Source: Eledone cirrhosa (taxonomy: Eukaryota). Taken from it: 64,000 nucleotides of DNA. The DNA lies in assembly GCA_964016885.1 (NCBI GenBank), contig OZ024752.1, positions 7,502,001 through 7,566,000 of the forward strand, read 5' to 3'. How positions within the stretch are numbered: the first letter of the stretch is position 1; every line of letters starts with the position of its first letter. A model generated the notes under the pieces. That model was not told the origin of the DNA. It did no database searches and was given only the letters and a program-made list of their open reading frames with translations. Positions 37,747-51,620 of the stretch are shown piece after piece. Position numbers and translations under genes: made by a program.

Positions 37747-37804
37747 GTTTCTCAAACAGTCCCGGCAATTATGAACCAACCTCATTAGTAGAGTGTTTAA
37801 AACG
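37747..37804 (+). CDS. USP22: USP22 coding exon 9 (short)
   Basis: ttacag acceptor, CG|gtaaat donor; SFSNSPGNYEPTSLVECLKR supplies the conserved TxLxxCLxRF motif and restores phase; 58 nt. Confidence 0.9.
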
Positions 37805-38003
37805 GTAAATTGTACAGTTTTTTGTTTTAAATACAGCCATGGCAATAAATAGAAATAACCTTAGATAAGCACAATAACTTCAATAGAAACCAAGTAAAAG
37901 CCACATTTCACAAATGATGCTCCATTATGGCCTTTATCATGGTAGTTAGTACAAATTAAAGAACTTAAAAATCACTGAATTATCCATTCAGTAACAGCTG
38001 TAA

Positions 38004-38215
38004 CCCTTTAGCATTTAAACTGGCCATATCCGGCCAGAACTCTCTCACCTCTTTGTTCAAACCAGCCGTAACCGGCCACTCATATCAACGTTAAGGTATT
38101 ATTCTTAAAATAAATATTATCAAAATCTCATAGATTCGATATTGAGATAATTATGTAAGGTAAAGCCTTTACTGTGAAAATATAATATATATAGAGTAAT
38201 ATAAATGTTAATGGG
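38004..38215 (+). mobile_element. piggyBac-type MITE
   Basis: GTAA|CCCTTTAGCATTTA...TAATGGG|TTAA; same family. Confidence 0.83.
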
Positions 38216-38280
38216 TTAACTCTTCATATTCTATAACGATTTTTTTTTTTTAAATGTAAAAAAACAGGTTCGTGAATTAA

Positions 38281-38645
38281 AATGTTTATATGAATGTATT
38301 CTATATTTAATAATATACTGTATGTTTATTTTTAAATACTTTCAAGGTCTTTCGCTATGAATTTAATGTAGCGACTATAGTCACATACCTAGCTTCAGCA
38401 AATACAAAGGGAAATAACCGACGATCGTTTCTTGCTGTTTAGTGGTTATCAAGGTTATATACTGCCTCTGTTTTTGCTGTGAGTTGTAGAACCTGGATTC
38501 TTATACAATACCAATTGCCTTTGCTGAAGCTGACTATGTGACAATAGTTGCTACCTTAAATTCATAGTAAAAGGCCATCAAAATGTTTTAAAATAAACAT
38601 ACAGTATATAATTAAATATACAATACATACATTCATATATACATT
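38281..38645. repeat. Long imperfect inverted repeat (probable old MITE) in USP22 intron 9
   Basis: Arms about 38281-38402 and 38520-38645, e.g. ATATACTGTATGTTTATTTT / AAAATAAACATACAGTATAT and AGCTTCAGCAAA / TTTGCTGAAGCT. Confidence 0.8.
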
Positions 38646-39664
38646 GCTATTTCAGAGCACCAACACAAATTTCAAAATGTTTATAGTATCTTTACCTGGA
38701 CAGATTGTTGTGAAGATTCAAAGTAAACTAATGACTTTATATTTTAACGTAATACTATCGTCAGGATGTTAGGAGATTATCCTCAGCTTCTGTAAGAGAA
38801 ATTAATTCATCTTAATATCTGAATCATTAATTTTTCTACCTTTTTTAGAAACAAAAAGTGACAAAAATGGTGTCTTTAAGTAAATATAGAAACTGTCTAT
38901 AATAGTTCTTTAAACAGTGTATGACAATAAAAACAGGTTTAATATAAAAATAGAAACTGTCTACAATAGTTCTTCAGTGTATAGTAATAATTATTTCTCT
39001 TTCAAAAACAGGTTTAATATAAATTTACTAAAATATACTTTTTGAATATGTCAGGTTCTGCTAACCTTTAAGAAAGACACACAACATAAACTAGCAACCA
39101 AAATAGTGTAACGTTACTTGATAAAGTACGTAACTTGGTGATGAGAGAGTCACTCCAGGTAGAGCCGCTACTTCTTGAAATTGAGAGATCACAGCTCCAA
39201 TATTATCGACATGTGGTTTAAAGTCTCAGCAAGGAATCGCTGGATAAATTTTACAGGCAAAATTTTCTGGCAGGAAATCCAGAGGTAGACCCTGAGCAAG
39301 ATTGTTGGATAACATCCATGAACTTGGCTGATCTCGCTTGGGGATCCAGCCGAATAAATTGGAGACAGTTGCTTCTGACAGGACCTGCTGGAAGGAGTGT
39401 TTGAGGACTCTGCCCTCATTACCCTCCCAGGAATAAGTAGGTGAAGAAGAACTCTAACATATATCACAAGTTTTCTTACAGTTTCTGTTTACCAAATTTA
39501 ACTCATAAAACATTTGTCAACCCTAGGTTATAGTAGAAGAAAGTTGCCCAAGGTGCCCTGCATCTGGGCCTTAAACTCGAAACCTGATTGTGATGTGAAA
39601 TTTTCAAGACCTTGCCTATGATACTTGTTTAAATATTTACTCTTATTACTTATGTATCTTTCAG

Positions 39665-39791
39665 ATTTACCAAACCAGAACATTTGGGCAGCTCTGCAAA
39701 AATCAAATGTAGCAGTTGTCATAGTTACCAAGAATCTACAAAACAGTTGACCATGAAAAAACTGCCAGTGGTTGCATGCTTTCATTTAAAG
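39665..39791 (+). CDS. USP22: USP22 coding exon 10
   Basis: tttcag acceptor, AAG|gtgagg donor; [42 protein letters not shown]; 127 nt. Confidence 0.97.
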
Positions 39792-40018
39792 GTGAGGGTT
39801 TTGTTTGTTTGTTGAAAATAGAAATAAGATTCTTATAGAGAGAAAAGCCTGGGTTGAGAGTAAATTATACTGCCAAACAACCTGACCCTTTCATACTGAC
39901 CCTAAAGTTATACTACCAAACAACCTGACCCTTCCATACTGACCCTAAAGTTATACTACCACATTTTACATTGCCCCTAAATTAAAAGTAAATGAGATGT
40001 TTTCTTGTGCACTTCCAG

Positions 40019-40182
40019 CGGTTTGAACACTCAACGGGTTACCACAAAAAGATCTCCACATTTGTATCATTTCCAGAAGAACTGGATATGACTCCATTCA
40101 TGTCGTCATCTCGCAGTAACAACAATGGTTATCGAAATCAAGTTGTCCAAGAATCTGCCAAAAGTCTTTCCTGTGATAACAA
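40019..40182 (+). CDS. USP22: USP22 coding exon 11
   Basis: ttccag acceptor, AA|gtaaga donor; [32 protein letters not shown]...SCDN; 164 nt. Confidence 0.96.
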
Positions 40183-40353
40183 GTAAGATATAATTGTTAA
40201 CACGTCCTCCTCTATTTCTGAGGGGAATAAAAATAACTTTTAAATCATTTTTATTACATGTTTTTTATGATTGTGATCTCTACAACAGGGCTAATAAGAG
40301 GAATAAATATTTCTTCCAGCTTGAGAATGTTGTTGCTTTTACCATATACTGTG

Positions 40354-40394
<41 letters not shown>

Positions 40395-40479
40395 TGTATG
40401 TACTTATATATAGAGTATATTTATACATGTATATATGTATATAATTCATTTATATATGAATATATATAAATGGATATAA

Positions 40480-40790
40480 GGCGCATGGCTTAGTGGTTTG
40501 AGCATTGGGCTTGCAATCGAAAGATTGTGAGTTTGATTCTCGAACTGAGTGATGCATTGTCTCCTTGAGCAAGACACTTTATTTTCACGTTGCTCCAGTT
40601 TACTGAGCTGTAGAAATTAGTTACAGCTTGGCACCTCTCACATCGTATCGGCCATTGCCTTTCTCTTGGACAACATCGGTGGCTTTGAGAGAGGAGACTG
40701 GTATGTGTGGGTGACTGCTGCTCTTCCACAGAGGGGACACTTTCGAGGTACAAATCCCATTCCTGGCCGAAGGGGTCTTTACTCATTTAT
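40480..40790 (+). mobile_element. CORE-like SINE with alternative tail
   Basis: Same head and core as 31211 up to about 40620, then an unrelated 3' part. Confidence 0.8.
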
Positions 40791-43030
40791 ATATATTATA
40801 ATGGTGTGTATATAGTATATTATAATGGTGTGTATATATAGCATATTATAATTGTTTCTACGTTAGGCACAAGGCCAGCAATCACCCAGTGTATTACTGG
40901 TACTTTATTTTATCGACCCCCGTAAGGATGAAAGGCAAAGTTAACCTCGACAATGGTGTATATATATAGTATATTATGGTGTGTATATAGTATATTATGG
41001 TGTGTATATAGTATATTATGGTGTGTATATAGTATATTATAATGGTGTATATATAGTATATTATAATGGTGTATATATAGTATATTATAATGGTGTATAA
41101 ATAGTATATTATGGTGTGTATATAGTATATTATAATGGTGTGTATATAGTATATTATAATGGTGTATATATATAGTATATTATAATGGTGTATATATTGT
41201 ATATTATAATGGTGTGTATATAGTATATTATAATGGTGTATATATAGTATATTATAATGGTGTATGTATATAGTATATTATAATGGTGTATATATATAGT
41301 ATATTATAATGGTGTATATATTGTATATTATAATGGTGTGTATATAGTATATTATAATGGTGTGTATATAGTATATTATAATGGTGTATGTATATAGTAT
41401 ATTATAATGGTGTATAAATAGTATATTATGGTGTGTATATAGTATATTATAATGGTGTGTATATAGTATATTATAATGGTGTATATAGTATATTATAATG
41501 GTGTATATATTGTATATTATAATGGTGTGTATATAGTATATTATAATGGTGTATAAATAGTATATTATGGTGTATAAATAGTATATTATGGTGTGTATAT
41601 AGTATATTATAATGGTGTGTATATAGTATATTATAATCGTGTGTATATAGTATATTATAATGGTGTATATATAGTATATTATAATGGTGTATATATAGTA
41701 TATTATGGTGTGTATATATAGTATATTATAATGGTGTATATATAGTATATTATGGTGTGTATATAGTATATTATAAGCGTGTGTATATAGTATATTATGA
41801 TGGTGTATATATATATAGTATATTATAATGGTGTATATATATAGTATATTATAATGGTGTATATATATAGTATATTATAATGGTGTATATATATATATAG
41901 TATATTATAATGGTGTGTATATAGTATACTATAATGGTGTGTATATAGTATACTATAATGGTGTGTATATAGTATACTATAATGGTGTATATATAGTATA
42001 TTATAATGGTGTATATATAGTATATTATAATAGTGTGTATATAGTATTTTATAATGGTGTATATAGTATATTATAATGGTGTGTATATAGTATATTATAA
42101 TGGTGTGTATATAGTATATTATAATGATGTATATATAGTATATTATAATGGTGTATATATAGTATATTATAATGATGTATATATATATATATAGTATATT
42201 ATAATGGTGTATATATATATATAGTATATTATAATGGTGTATATATATAGTGTATATAGTATATTATAATGGTGTATATATATAGTATATTATAATGGTG
42301 TGTATATAGTATATTATAATGGTGTGTATATAGTATATTATAATGGTGTATGTATATAGTATATTATAATGGTGTATGTATATAGTATATTATAATGGTA
42401 TGTATATAGTATATTATAATGGTGTATATATATAGTATATTATAATGGTGTATATATTGTATATTATAATGGTGTGTATATAGTATATTATAATGGTGTA
42501 TATATATATATAGTATATTATAATGGTGTGTATATAGTATATTATAATGGTGTGTATATAGTATATTATAATGGTGTGTATATAGTATATTATAATGGTG
42601 TGTATATAGTATATTATAATGGTGTGTATATAGTATATTATAATGGTATGTATGTAGTATATTATAATGGTGTATATATTGTATATTATAATGGTGTATA
42701 TATTGTATATGATAATGGTGTATATATTGTATATTATAATGGTGTGTATATAGTATATTATAATGGTGTATATATATATAGTATATTATAATGGTGTATA
42801 TATATATATAGTATATTATAATGGTGTGTATATAGTATATTATAATGGTGTGTATATAGTATATTATAATGGTGTGTATGTAGTATATTATAATGGTGTA
42901 TATATTGTATATTATAATGGTGTATATATTGTATATGATAATGGTGTATATATTGTATATGATAATGGTGTGTATATAGTATATTATAATGGTGTATATA
43001 TATATAGTATATTATAATGGTGTATATATA
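40790..43030. repeat. About 24-bp AT-rich minisatellite interrupted by a SINE B fragment (40848-40949)
   Basis: GTATATTATAATGGTGTGTATATA units with a variable TA tract. Confidence 0.95.
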
Positions 43031-43142
43031 ATATATTATATTTAGGTGATAGCTTCTTGAACTCTGCTTTTCATACTTATTTATTCTTTTTCTTCCCTAA
43101 CTCTCTGCCTATCTCTCTCTCCCCCCTCTCTCTCTCTCTCAG

Positions 43143-43292
43143 GTACTCACTATTTGCTGTAGTCAACCACAGTGGTACTATAGAAACCGGACATTATACA
43201 TGTTACATCAGGCTGCACAAAAACCAGTGGTATAAATGTGATGATCACATGATTACCAAAGCTACACCACAAGAGGTTTTGAATAGTGAAGG
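43143..43292 (+). CDS. USP22: USP22 coding exon 12 (catalytic His/Asp box)
   Basis: (CT)n cag acceptor, GG|gtaaat donor; [49 protein letters not shown]; 150 nt. Confidence 0.98.
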
Positions 43293-43721
43293 GTAAATAT
43301 CACATTTTCTTCTCAACTCTCTTCAATAAACATGCAAACAGTTATTGGTGGGGCTCCTCCTTAATCTTCAAATTTGTTGGGACCAGAATATAAAGCACCC
43401 AGTCCACTCTGAAATGAGGTTAACTGTAGAAACCAAGTTAGAAATATTTTTGTATGAACAAGACTTGCTCATCTGATCTGACTTGTCTAACAATAGGACA
43501 ACTCGTCTAACCCATGTTACCGTGGAAACATGGATGTTAAATGGTGATGACTTTTTAGGTCTGATGCTCTGTCAACTATCTGAAGTGAAGCACCAAAGTT
43601 TGACTTTGAAAGGATGAAAGGCAAAGTTGAGCCTCGGCGGGACTCGGAACAAATACTGCAAAATATTCTGATGTTCTAACAATTCTGCCAATTCACTGCT
43701 ACTAAAATCTATAGTTTTGTC

Positions 43722-44470
43722 CTATAGTACATGTCTATTCTATAGTACACATATCTATTCTATAGTACACATGTCTATTCTATAGTACACATGTCTATTC
43801 TATAGTACACATATCTATTCTATAGTACATATATCTATTCTATAGTACACATGTCTATTCTATAGTACACAAGTCTATTCTATAGTACACATGTCTATTC
43901 TATAGTACACATGTCTATTCTATAGTACACATATCTATTCTATAGTACATATATCTATTCTATAGTACACAAGTCTATTCTATAGTACACATGTCTATTC
44001 TATAGTACACATGTCTATTCTATAGTACACAAGTCTATTCTATAGTACACATATCTATTCTATAGTACACATATCTATTCTATAGTACACATATCTATTC
44101 TATAGTACACATGTCTATTCTATAGTACACATGTCTATTCTATAGTACACATGTCTATTCTATAGTACACATGTCTATTCTATAGTACACATGTCTATTC
44201 TATAGTACACATGTCTATTCTATAGTACACATGTCTATTCTATAGTACACATGTCTATTCTATAGTACACATATCTATTCTATAGTACACATGTCTATTC
44301 TATAGTACACATATCTATTCTATAGTACACATGTCTATTCTATAGTACACATGTCTATTCTATAGTACACATGTCTATTCTATAGTACACATGTCTATTC
44401 TATAGTACACATGTCTATTCTATAGTACACATGTCTATTCTATAGTACACAAGTCTATTCTATAGTACAT
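43722..44470. repeat. 20-bp minisatellite, about 37 copies
   Basis: TATAGTACACATGTCTATTC. Confidence 0.97.
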
Positions 44471-44518
44471 GAAACAGTGCTAAAGGTTCAATAATTGATT
44501 ATATTATTGATTTTGTAG

Positions 44519-44561
44519 GTATTTGCTGTTCTACCACAAACAGATATTGGAATATGAATGA
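44519..44561 (+). CDS. USP22: USP22 coding exon 13 (C-terminus)
   Basis: ttttgtag acceptor; GYLLFYHKQILEYE-TGA, the characteristic USP22 C-terminus. Confidence 0.97.
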
Positions 44562-45264
44562 CCAGTGTTGTGATGTTCCCTACAGCTACAGCACCTAACA
44601 TGATCTACTGCTGTTGTAATCTCTCATAACAAAATGGAAGGAAAGAGAAAATATGGCTGGAGCAGGATGGGTGGTGGCTTGAGATGGTCAAATCTAGAGC
44701 CACCACCACTGTTGTCTACCCACCAGAAAATGTTTCAATTCACCATATTTTGGCTGTTTTCTCTACCCACCGGCTGCCAACAGATTTGTTGTTGAGTTGG
44801 TTTCTTTGGAGTTTTTTTTTTTTTATCCTCCCCTCTCCTCCTCCTCTTCTCTTTCCAATTCTTCTCCCCCCTCCCTAGCTTCTCTCTATCCCTCTCTCCC
44901 CCTCCACACCCAGTAATGTTTATTCTTGTGAGAAAAGAAGGTGTCTTTGCTTTGTTTATGGACAAATCAAAAAAAAAATTATTAAGAGAAGAAAAAAAAA
45001 CAGAAGACAATGTATAAAAAAAAGCCAACAAAAAAAAACAATAGACATTTCTAATCATGTCAACAAAGTCACATGTTCCTGCTTAAAGAGAAGATGTCTT
45101 TAATATGGGTTTTTTTTAAAAGTTGTATTGACAGATTTCTTGTCAAACATTTCATCAGATTCTCCATAATTTTCATTTCATATTTTTCATACATTCTGAG
45201 CTCTGAATGACAGAGGAGACACACACACACACACACGCACACGCACACGCACACGCACACGCAC

Positions 45265-45303
<39 letters not shown>

Positions 45304-45322
45304 CATACACACAATCTCTATC

Positions 45323-45354
<32 letters not shown>

Positions 45355-45996
45355 TATATACATACACACACATTCTCTCTCTCTCTATATATATATACAC
45401 ACACATACTCTCTCTCACATATATATATACACACACACATTCTCTCTCTCTACACACACGCGAATATGCGCACACACAGACAATCTCCCTCCCTCGCCCT
45501 CTCTTTCCTCTCCCCTGACAATACCTCAAGGGACACCGCAACCTTCACACTACAGTCACTGACTATACACCTTCTCATACCCCCCCCCACACACACACAT
45601 TCACATATGCATACACATACATGCATAGATATACATGTATACACACATCCACAAAGGCATATATACACACACGCACATACACAGAGGTATGCCTACATAC
45701 ACACAACTTCTACCTGAGAAGACCAGGTGTGTTGAGGGATAAACGAGCTAGCAATAGAATGAGACATCAAGAAGGGAACTTCTAGAAAAAATAGCCAGAT
45801 CTCCCTCACATCTCACCCTTCCTTAATAAGACACATTATAAAAAGATGTGATAGTCATGTCTGAAATGTCATTAACCAGGAGTCTATATGATGGTTCATA
45901 GAAATAAGTCAGACCCTCACACCACACCCTATCATCTTAGGTAAGAAAAGGACACATTTCTTTACCATTTACATTACTCTATATATAATATTGTGA

Positions 45997-46240
45997 AGGC
46001 GCATGGCTTAGTGGTTAGAGCATTGGGCTTGCAATCGAAAGGTTGTGAGTTCAATTCTCGGACTGGGTGATGAGTTGTTTCCTTGAGCAAGACACTTTAT
46101 TTCACGTTACTCCAGTTTACTCAGCTGTAGAAATGAGATGATAGGACTGGGGTTCCTATCATTAAATTACCCTAGACACCTCCGAGATATACCTTGGAGG
46201 AGGCTAGCTAAACCTGCATAGGTGCGAGCTTGTCACACCT
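45997..46240 (+). mobile_element. CORE-like SINE with a third tail, nested in a piggyBac-type MITE
   Basis: Head/core match to about 46162; flanked by the two halves of a MITE (about 45960-45995 and 46245-46422). Confidence 0.8.
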
Positions 46241-46537
46241 CATATTTACTACTGTATTTTCATGGTAAAGGCTTTATCTCACATAATATCAAATCTATGA
46301 GATTTTGATATTTCTTTTGAGAACAATACCTTAACATAAGTATGAGTGGCTGGTTATGACCGGTTTGAACAAAAGAAGTGAGAGAATTCTGGCCGGATAT
46401 GGCCGGTTTAAACACTAAAGGTTTAAAGTAATCATAGATAGCCATAAAAAAATATGAGATGTCAAGTGTGACCTGCTTGATTAGGGATGACCTAGGGCTA
46501 AACAAGAATAAGGATTTACTTCATACCTAGAGTAAGA

Positions 46538-47273
46538 GTGGTCAGTGTTGTATGAAGGTGTGGCAGTTGGTGTAGGTCAAGTGGTCAGTGTTGTGTGAAG
46601 GTGGAGCAGTTGGAGGTCAAATGGTCTGTGTTGTGAAGGTGTGGCAGTTGGAGTTTAAGTGGTCAGTGTTGTGTGTGAAGGTGTGGCAGTTGGTGTAGGT
46701 CAAGTGGTCAGTTGTGTGAAGGTGTGGCAGTTGGTGTAGGTCAAGTGGTCAGTTGTGTGAAGGTGTGGCAGTTGGTGGAGGTCAAGTGGTCAGTGTTGTG
46801 TGTGAAGGTGTGGCAGTTGGTGTAGGTCAAGTGGTCAGTTGTGTGAAGGTGTGGCAGTTGGTGGAGGTCAAGTGGTCAGTTGTGTGAAGGTGTGGCAGTT
46901 GGTGGAGGTCAAGTGGTCAGTGTTGTGTGTGAAGGTGTGGCAGTTGGTGTAGGTCAAGTGGTCAGTTGTGTGAAGGTGTGGCAGTTGGTGGAGGTCAAGT
47001 GGTCAGTGTTGTGTGTGAAGGTGGGGCAGTTGGTGTAGGTCAAGTGGTCAGTTGTGTGAAGGTGTGGCAGTTGGTGGAGGTCAAGTGGTCAGTGTTGTGT
47101 GTGAAGGTGTGGCAGTTGGTGGAGGTCAAGTGGTCAGTGTTGTGTGTGAAGGTGGGGCAGTTGGTGTAGGTCAAGTGGTCAGTGTTGTGTGTGAAGGTGG
47201 GGCAGTTGGTGGAGGTCAAATGGTCAGTGTTGTGTGTGAAGGTGGGGCAGTTGGTGGAGGTCAAATGGTCAGT
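46538..47273. repeat. GT-rich minisatellite, unit about 41-45 bp
   Basis: GTGGTCAGTGTTGTGTGTGAAGGTGTGGCAGTTGGTGGAGGTCAA. Confidence 0.95.
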
Positions 47274-47696
47274 TTAGAAGAAATGTGGGATGTTTTATAT
47301 TTCATTTTTTTTTTGTTTTTTTCTTTTGTTTTAAACATTTTACTTTATTGTTAGAACTGTCTCAGATGTTTGACATTTCATCAATTAATTAGTTAATATC
47401 CTTCTCTCTCTCTCTCTCTCTCTCTCTCCTTCTCTCTCTCTCTCTCTCTCCTTCTCTCTCTCTCTCTCCCCTCAACACACAGACACAAGACATTGTATAA
47501 AGCTATTAGTTGTCTCTCTCCAAACCTCAACCCTGCTGTCACATCATTTCATCTACCATTACATTCATTCATCGACATTTGTCTTCCCATTCTCTGGTTA
47601 ATACACTCTTACACTCTCTCTCTCTCTCTCTACGCATACAGATATAATATATATATAGTATATATATATATGTATACATGTAAATATGTGTGTGTG

Positions 47697-47740
<44 letters not shown>

Positions 47741-48570
47741 TGTATATTTATATGTATGTGTGTATGCATATATATATATACACACATATATGTATATATA
47801 TGTGTGTGTATATATATATAATGTACATGTATACATATAATCACATACACACACGGAATGATGCTGTACTTGATTTCTTCCTCATCAGGAATCAATATTC
47901 CATTTCCTGAGGTCTTCATCATCTCCTTTAACCCCTAATGTCCAGCATCTCCTCAATATCTGGGGACGAGAGATACCTAACAGGTGTGTCTTCAATTCCT
48001 GAGGGACCGGTGACATCTACCAGATGTCCTCTGTTCCTGAGGGACTGGTGACGTCTACCAGGTATGTCTAAAGTACACCTTCTGCTGCTGACCAGATAAA
48101 CACACACACACTAACAAGAAATTTTATTGTAAATAAGATAATAAATGAAAACTGATAATTTGTTTTTCTTTTGTCTTTTTATTTTAAAGGTAATAAATTC
48201 ATTGAAATATTGAATTCCTACCAATTATTTCCAGTAAATCCTCCCCTAAAGATAATTTACCTGTTTAGGGTTTCTACAAATCATGGCTCACTTTCTTTGA
48301 TATTGTTTGTATTTATGTCAATTATATTTAGTTTGAAACCTGAGATGTAGCGACACATGTTGAACTGAGCTCTACATAGTTTAATATCAGAAATGTTGAA
48401 CTGAGCTCTACATAGTTTAATACCAGACTGTTGAACTGAGGATCACATAGTTTAATACGAGACATGTTGAACTGAGCTCTACATAGTTTAAAACTTAACT
48501 ACTAAGTCAATTATACGTACACACACATATATAGCAATGTTTTATTATTATAATTGTCATATTATATGTA

Positions 48571-48616
<46 letters not shown>

Positions 48617-48857
48617 ATGGAGGGCATCCAGCTTTTTGAAAGCTTCAAAAAAGGGTTGACAGGGCTGAGACCTTCAGTCAAGGACATGCAGGCCTTCCTA
48701 GTGTTGGTTATCTACATGATAAATATACTCAGTATGTGCTGTAAAGTGGTTAGTGATAAGAAGGGAATCCAGCTGTAGAAAGATTGCCAAACGAGGGGTT
48801 AGGAAGACCCTTCAGTCATATCGAAGACATGACAGCTTCCCTAGAGTTTATCTACAA

Positions 48858-49167
48858 CAGAGGTTCTCAAACATTTTGGGCCACCTGCCACCCCCTCACG
48901 GCCATGTAATACCCTCAGCCCTACCCCTATTCCCAGAGAGACCTCCCTACATGCAAATTGTAAATAATATATAATAAATATTATATATACTATGTATAAA
49001 TAAATATATTTTTTTATTTTACTATATTTATATATATGTATTATTTGATATTTAGTAAACTATTATATCATCTCTACCACCCCCTTAGGCCCCAGTGACC
49101 CCTGGACTTTCTCAACGCCCCACCCCACCCACCCAGGGGACAGTATCACCCACTTTGAGAACCTCTG
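48858..49167. mobile_element. hAT-type MITE
   Basis: Perfect 14-bp TIRs CAGAGGTTCTCAAA / TTTGAGAACCTCTG; 8-bp flanks ATCTACAA / ATCTACAT (7 of 8 match). Confidence 0.88.
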
Positions 49168-49349
49168 ATCTACATGATAAGGAACCCAGTACTACTGTAA
49201 GGTGGTTGGTGATAGGAAGGGCATCCAGTCATCTACAACCCTGTGTATCTGTATCGTCCAGCTGCATGAGGATCCTCATGACTAAATCAGATGCAACTCT
49301 CAGCTCTCCAAACCCTTCCCCATAGAAAACACTTTTCACCGTCCTTCCG

Positions 49350-49850
49350 AGGATGAGAATGGCCTCTGTCAGATTATCTCATGGAATTCAGGTTGTTTAA
49401 TCTAAGGCAGCTACAGTTTCACTCCAAGACACTCCTCTGAGAATTACTCTTCAATGACATTGCTGCAGTTCTGCATCATATTAGCATCCTGGTGCAGTTC
49501 TACATTATATATCCTGCTGCTGCAGTCCTGCATCATAACATCCTGGTGTTGCATTTCTGCACAATCAGCTCTGCATCATATAACATCTTGGTGCAGTTCT
49601 GCAGAAGCAGCCCTGCATCATATAACATCCAGTTTTGAAGAGGCTGCCAAGCACATTAGTCAGCTTAAAGAAGACAAATATCCTCTAGCAGCCTGTACAT
49701 TGGTATGGTTACCGTCCTCCCTGCATCACCACTGGTCAAATGAAGCTGTCCACCATCTCGTCAAATACCGAGATAGACGAGGAGGTTGATAATAGGCTGG
49801 CAAAGTCAAAGAAAGTATTTGGTAGATTTATACAGAAGAGTCTGAAAGGA
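49350..49850 (+). mobile_element. Degenerate RTE/BovB-like RT fragment
   Basis: LFNLRQLQFHSKT, ELLFND and ISSNTEIDEEVDNRLAKSKKVFGR remnants across frames. Confidence 0.7.
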
Positions 49851-50084
49851 CAGACGAGGCTGGCTTTGAAGCAAGTGGGTCATGTCTGGTATATGGGTCG
49901 TGGCTGGCTTTCCAATTCACTCCTGTTCAGGTCCTTCTCACTCTTGTTGGAGGAACTCCTCCCTAGTTGACCTCCACCACTTTCTGTTTGGTTTTGGTCA
50001 TGTCAGGGGTGTGGCTGTACTCACCACACTTGACCAATTGGGGGTCAGTGAGGCTATATAACCCATAGTTGGGGTGGAGAGATG

Positions 50085-51240
50085 TATTGGTCTAAGTGAG
50101 AGCAGTCCAAGCTATATAACCCATGGCTGTGTTGGTCTAAATGAGAGCAGTCCAAGCTATATAACCCATGGCTGTGTTGGTCTAAATGAGAGCAGTCCAA
50201 GCTATATAACCCATGGCTGTGTTGGTCTAAATGAGAGCAGTCCAAGCTATATAACCCATGGCTGTGTTGGTCTAAATGAGAGCAGTCCAAGCTATATAAC
50301 CCATGGCTGTGTTGGTCTAAGGGAGAGCAGTCCAAGCTATATAACCCATGGCTGTGTTGGTCTAAATGAGAGCAGTCCAAGCTATAGAACCCATGGCTGT
50401 GTTGGTCTAAATGAGAGCAGTCCAAGCTATAGAACCCATGGCTGTGTTGGTCTAAATGAGAGCAGTCCAAGCTATATAACCCATGGCTGTGTTGGTCTAA
50501 ATGAGAGCAGTCCAAGCTATATAACCCATGGCTGTGTTGGTCTAAGGGAGAGCAGTCCAAGCTATATAACCCATGGCTGTGTTGGTCTAAATGAGAGCAG
50601 TCCAAGCTATATAACCCATGGCTGTGTTGGTCTAAATGAGAGCAGTCCAAGCTATAGAACCCATGGCTGTGTTGGTCTAAGGGAGAGCAGTCCAAGCTAT
50701 ATAACCCATGGCTGTGTTGGTCTAAATGAGAGCAGTCCAAGCTATATAACCCATGGCTGTGTTGGTCTAAATGAGAGCAGTCCAAGCTATAGAACCCATG
50801 GCTGTGTTGGTCTAAGGGAGAGCAGTCCAAGCTATAGAACCCATGGCTGTGTTGGTCTAAGTGAGAGCAGTCCAAGCTATAGAACCCATGGCTGTGTTGG
50901 TCTAAATGAGAGCAGTCCAAGCTATAGAACCCATGGCTGTGTTGGTCTAAATGAGAGCAGTCCAAGCTATAGAACCCATGGCTGTGTTGGTCTAAGGGAG
51001 AGCAGTCCAAGCTATAGAACCCATGGCTGTGTTGGTCTAAATGAGAGCAGTCCAAGCTATAGAACCCATGGCTGTGTTGGTCTAAGGGAGAGCAGTCCAA
51101 GCTATAGAACCCATGGCTGTGTTGGTCTAAGTGAGAGCAGTCCAAGCTATATAACCCATGGCTGTGTTGGTCTAAATGAGAGCAGTCCAAGCTATAGAAC
51201 CCATGGCTGTGTTGGTCTAAGTGAGAGCAGTCCAAGCTAT
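50085..51240. repeat. 45-bp minisatellite, about 26 copies
   Basis: GTTGGTCTAAATGAGAGCAGTCCAAGCTATATAACCCATGGCTGT. Confidence 0.97.
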
Positions 51241-51581
51241 CTGCTACTTGCCAGAGGAAGAGGCAACGATTAAGCAATGTAAGAAATGGGATGGAAAAGG
51301 AAAAGAGGAAAGGATTTCACATTCTTTTGACTTCCTTGGAATACAGCAGTTGACTACGAGGTGATGAGGTCAGATCTTGGAAATTGGGATGATCAGTGTG
51401 TAGACATACACACGCACACACATACATACACATACCCACCACACATGCACACACAAATATATATATATATACACTCATACATCAAACTGACAATAAATAA
51501 TAATGAAAATTATTGTCATTAACTTAAATTTAACTGAATTATATTTATATATATACTTATTTCTACAATAGCTATATATAG

Positions 51582-51599
<18 letters not shown>

Positions 51600-51620
<21 letters not shown>

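Noticed and set aside
48192-48197. AATAAA as the USP22 polyadenylation signal
   Set aside because: Common hexamer in AT-rich DNA; the 3' UTR end cannot be placed without transcripts.
50054-51277. ORFs of about 400 aa on both strands, and a possible CRISPR-like array
   Set aside because: Head-to-tail 45-bp repeat with no unique spacers and no cas genes; eukaryotic context.
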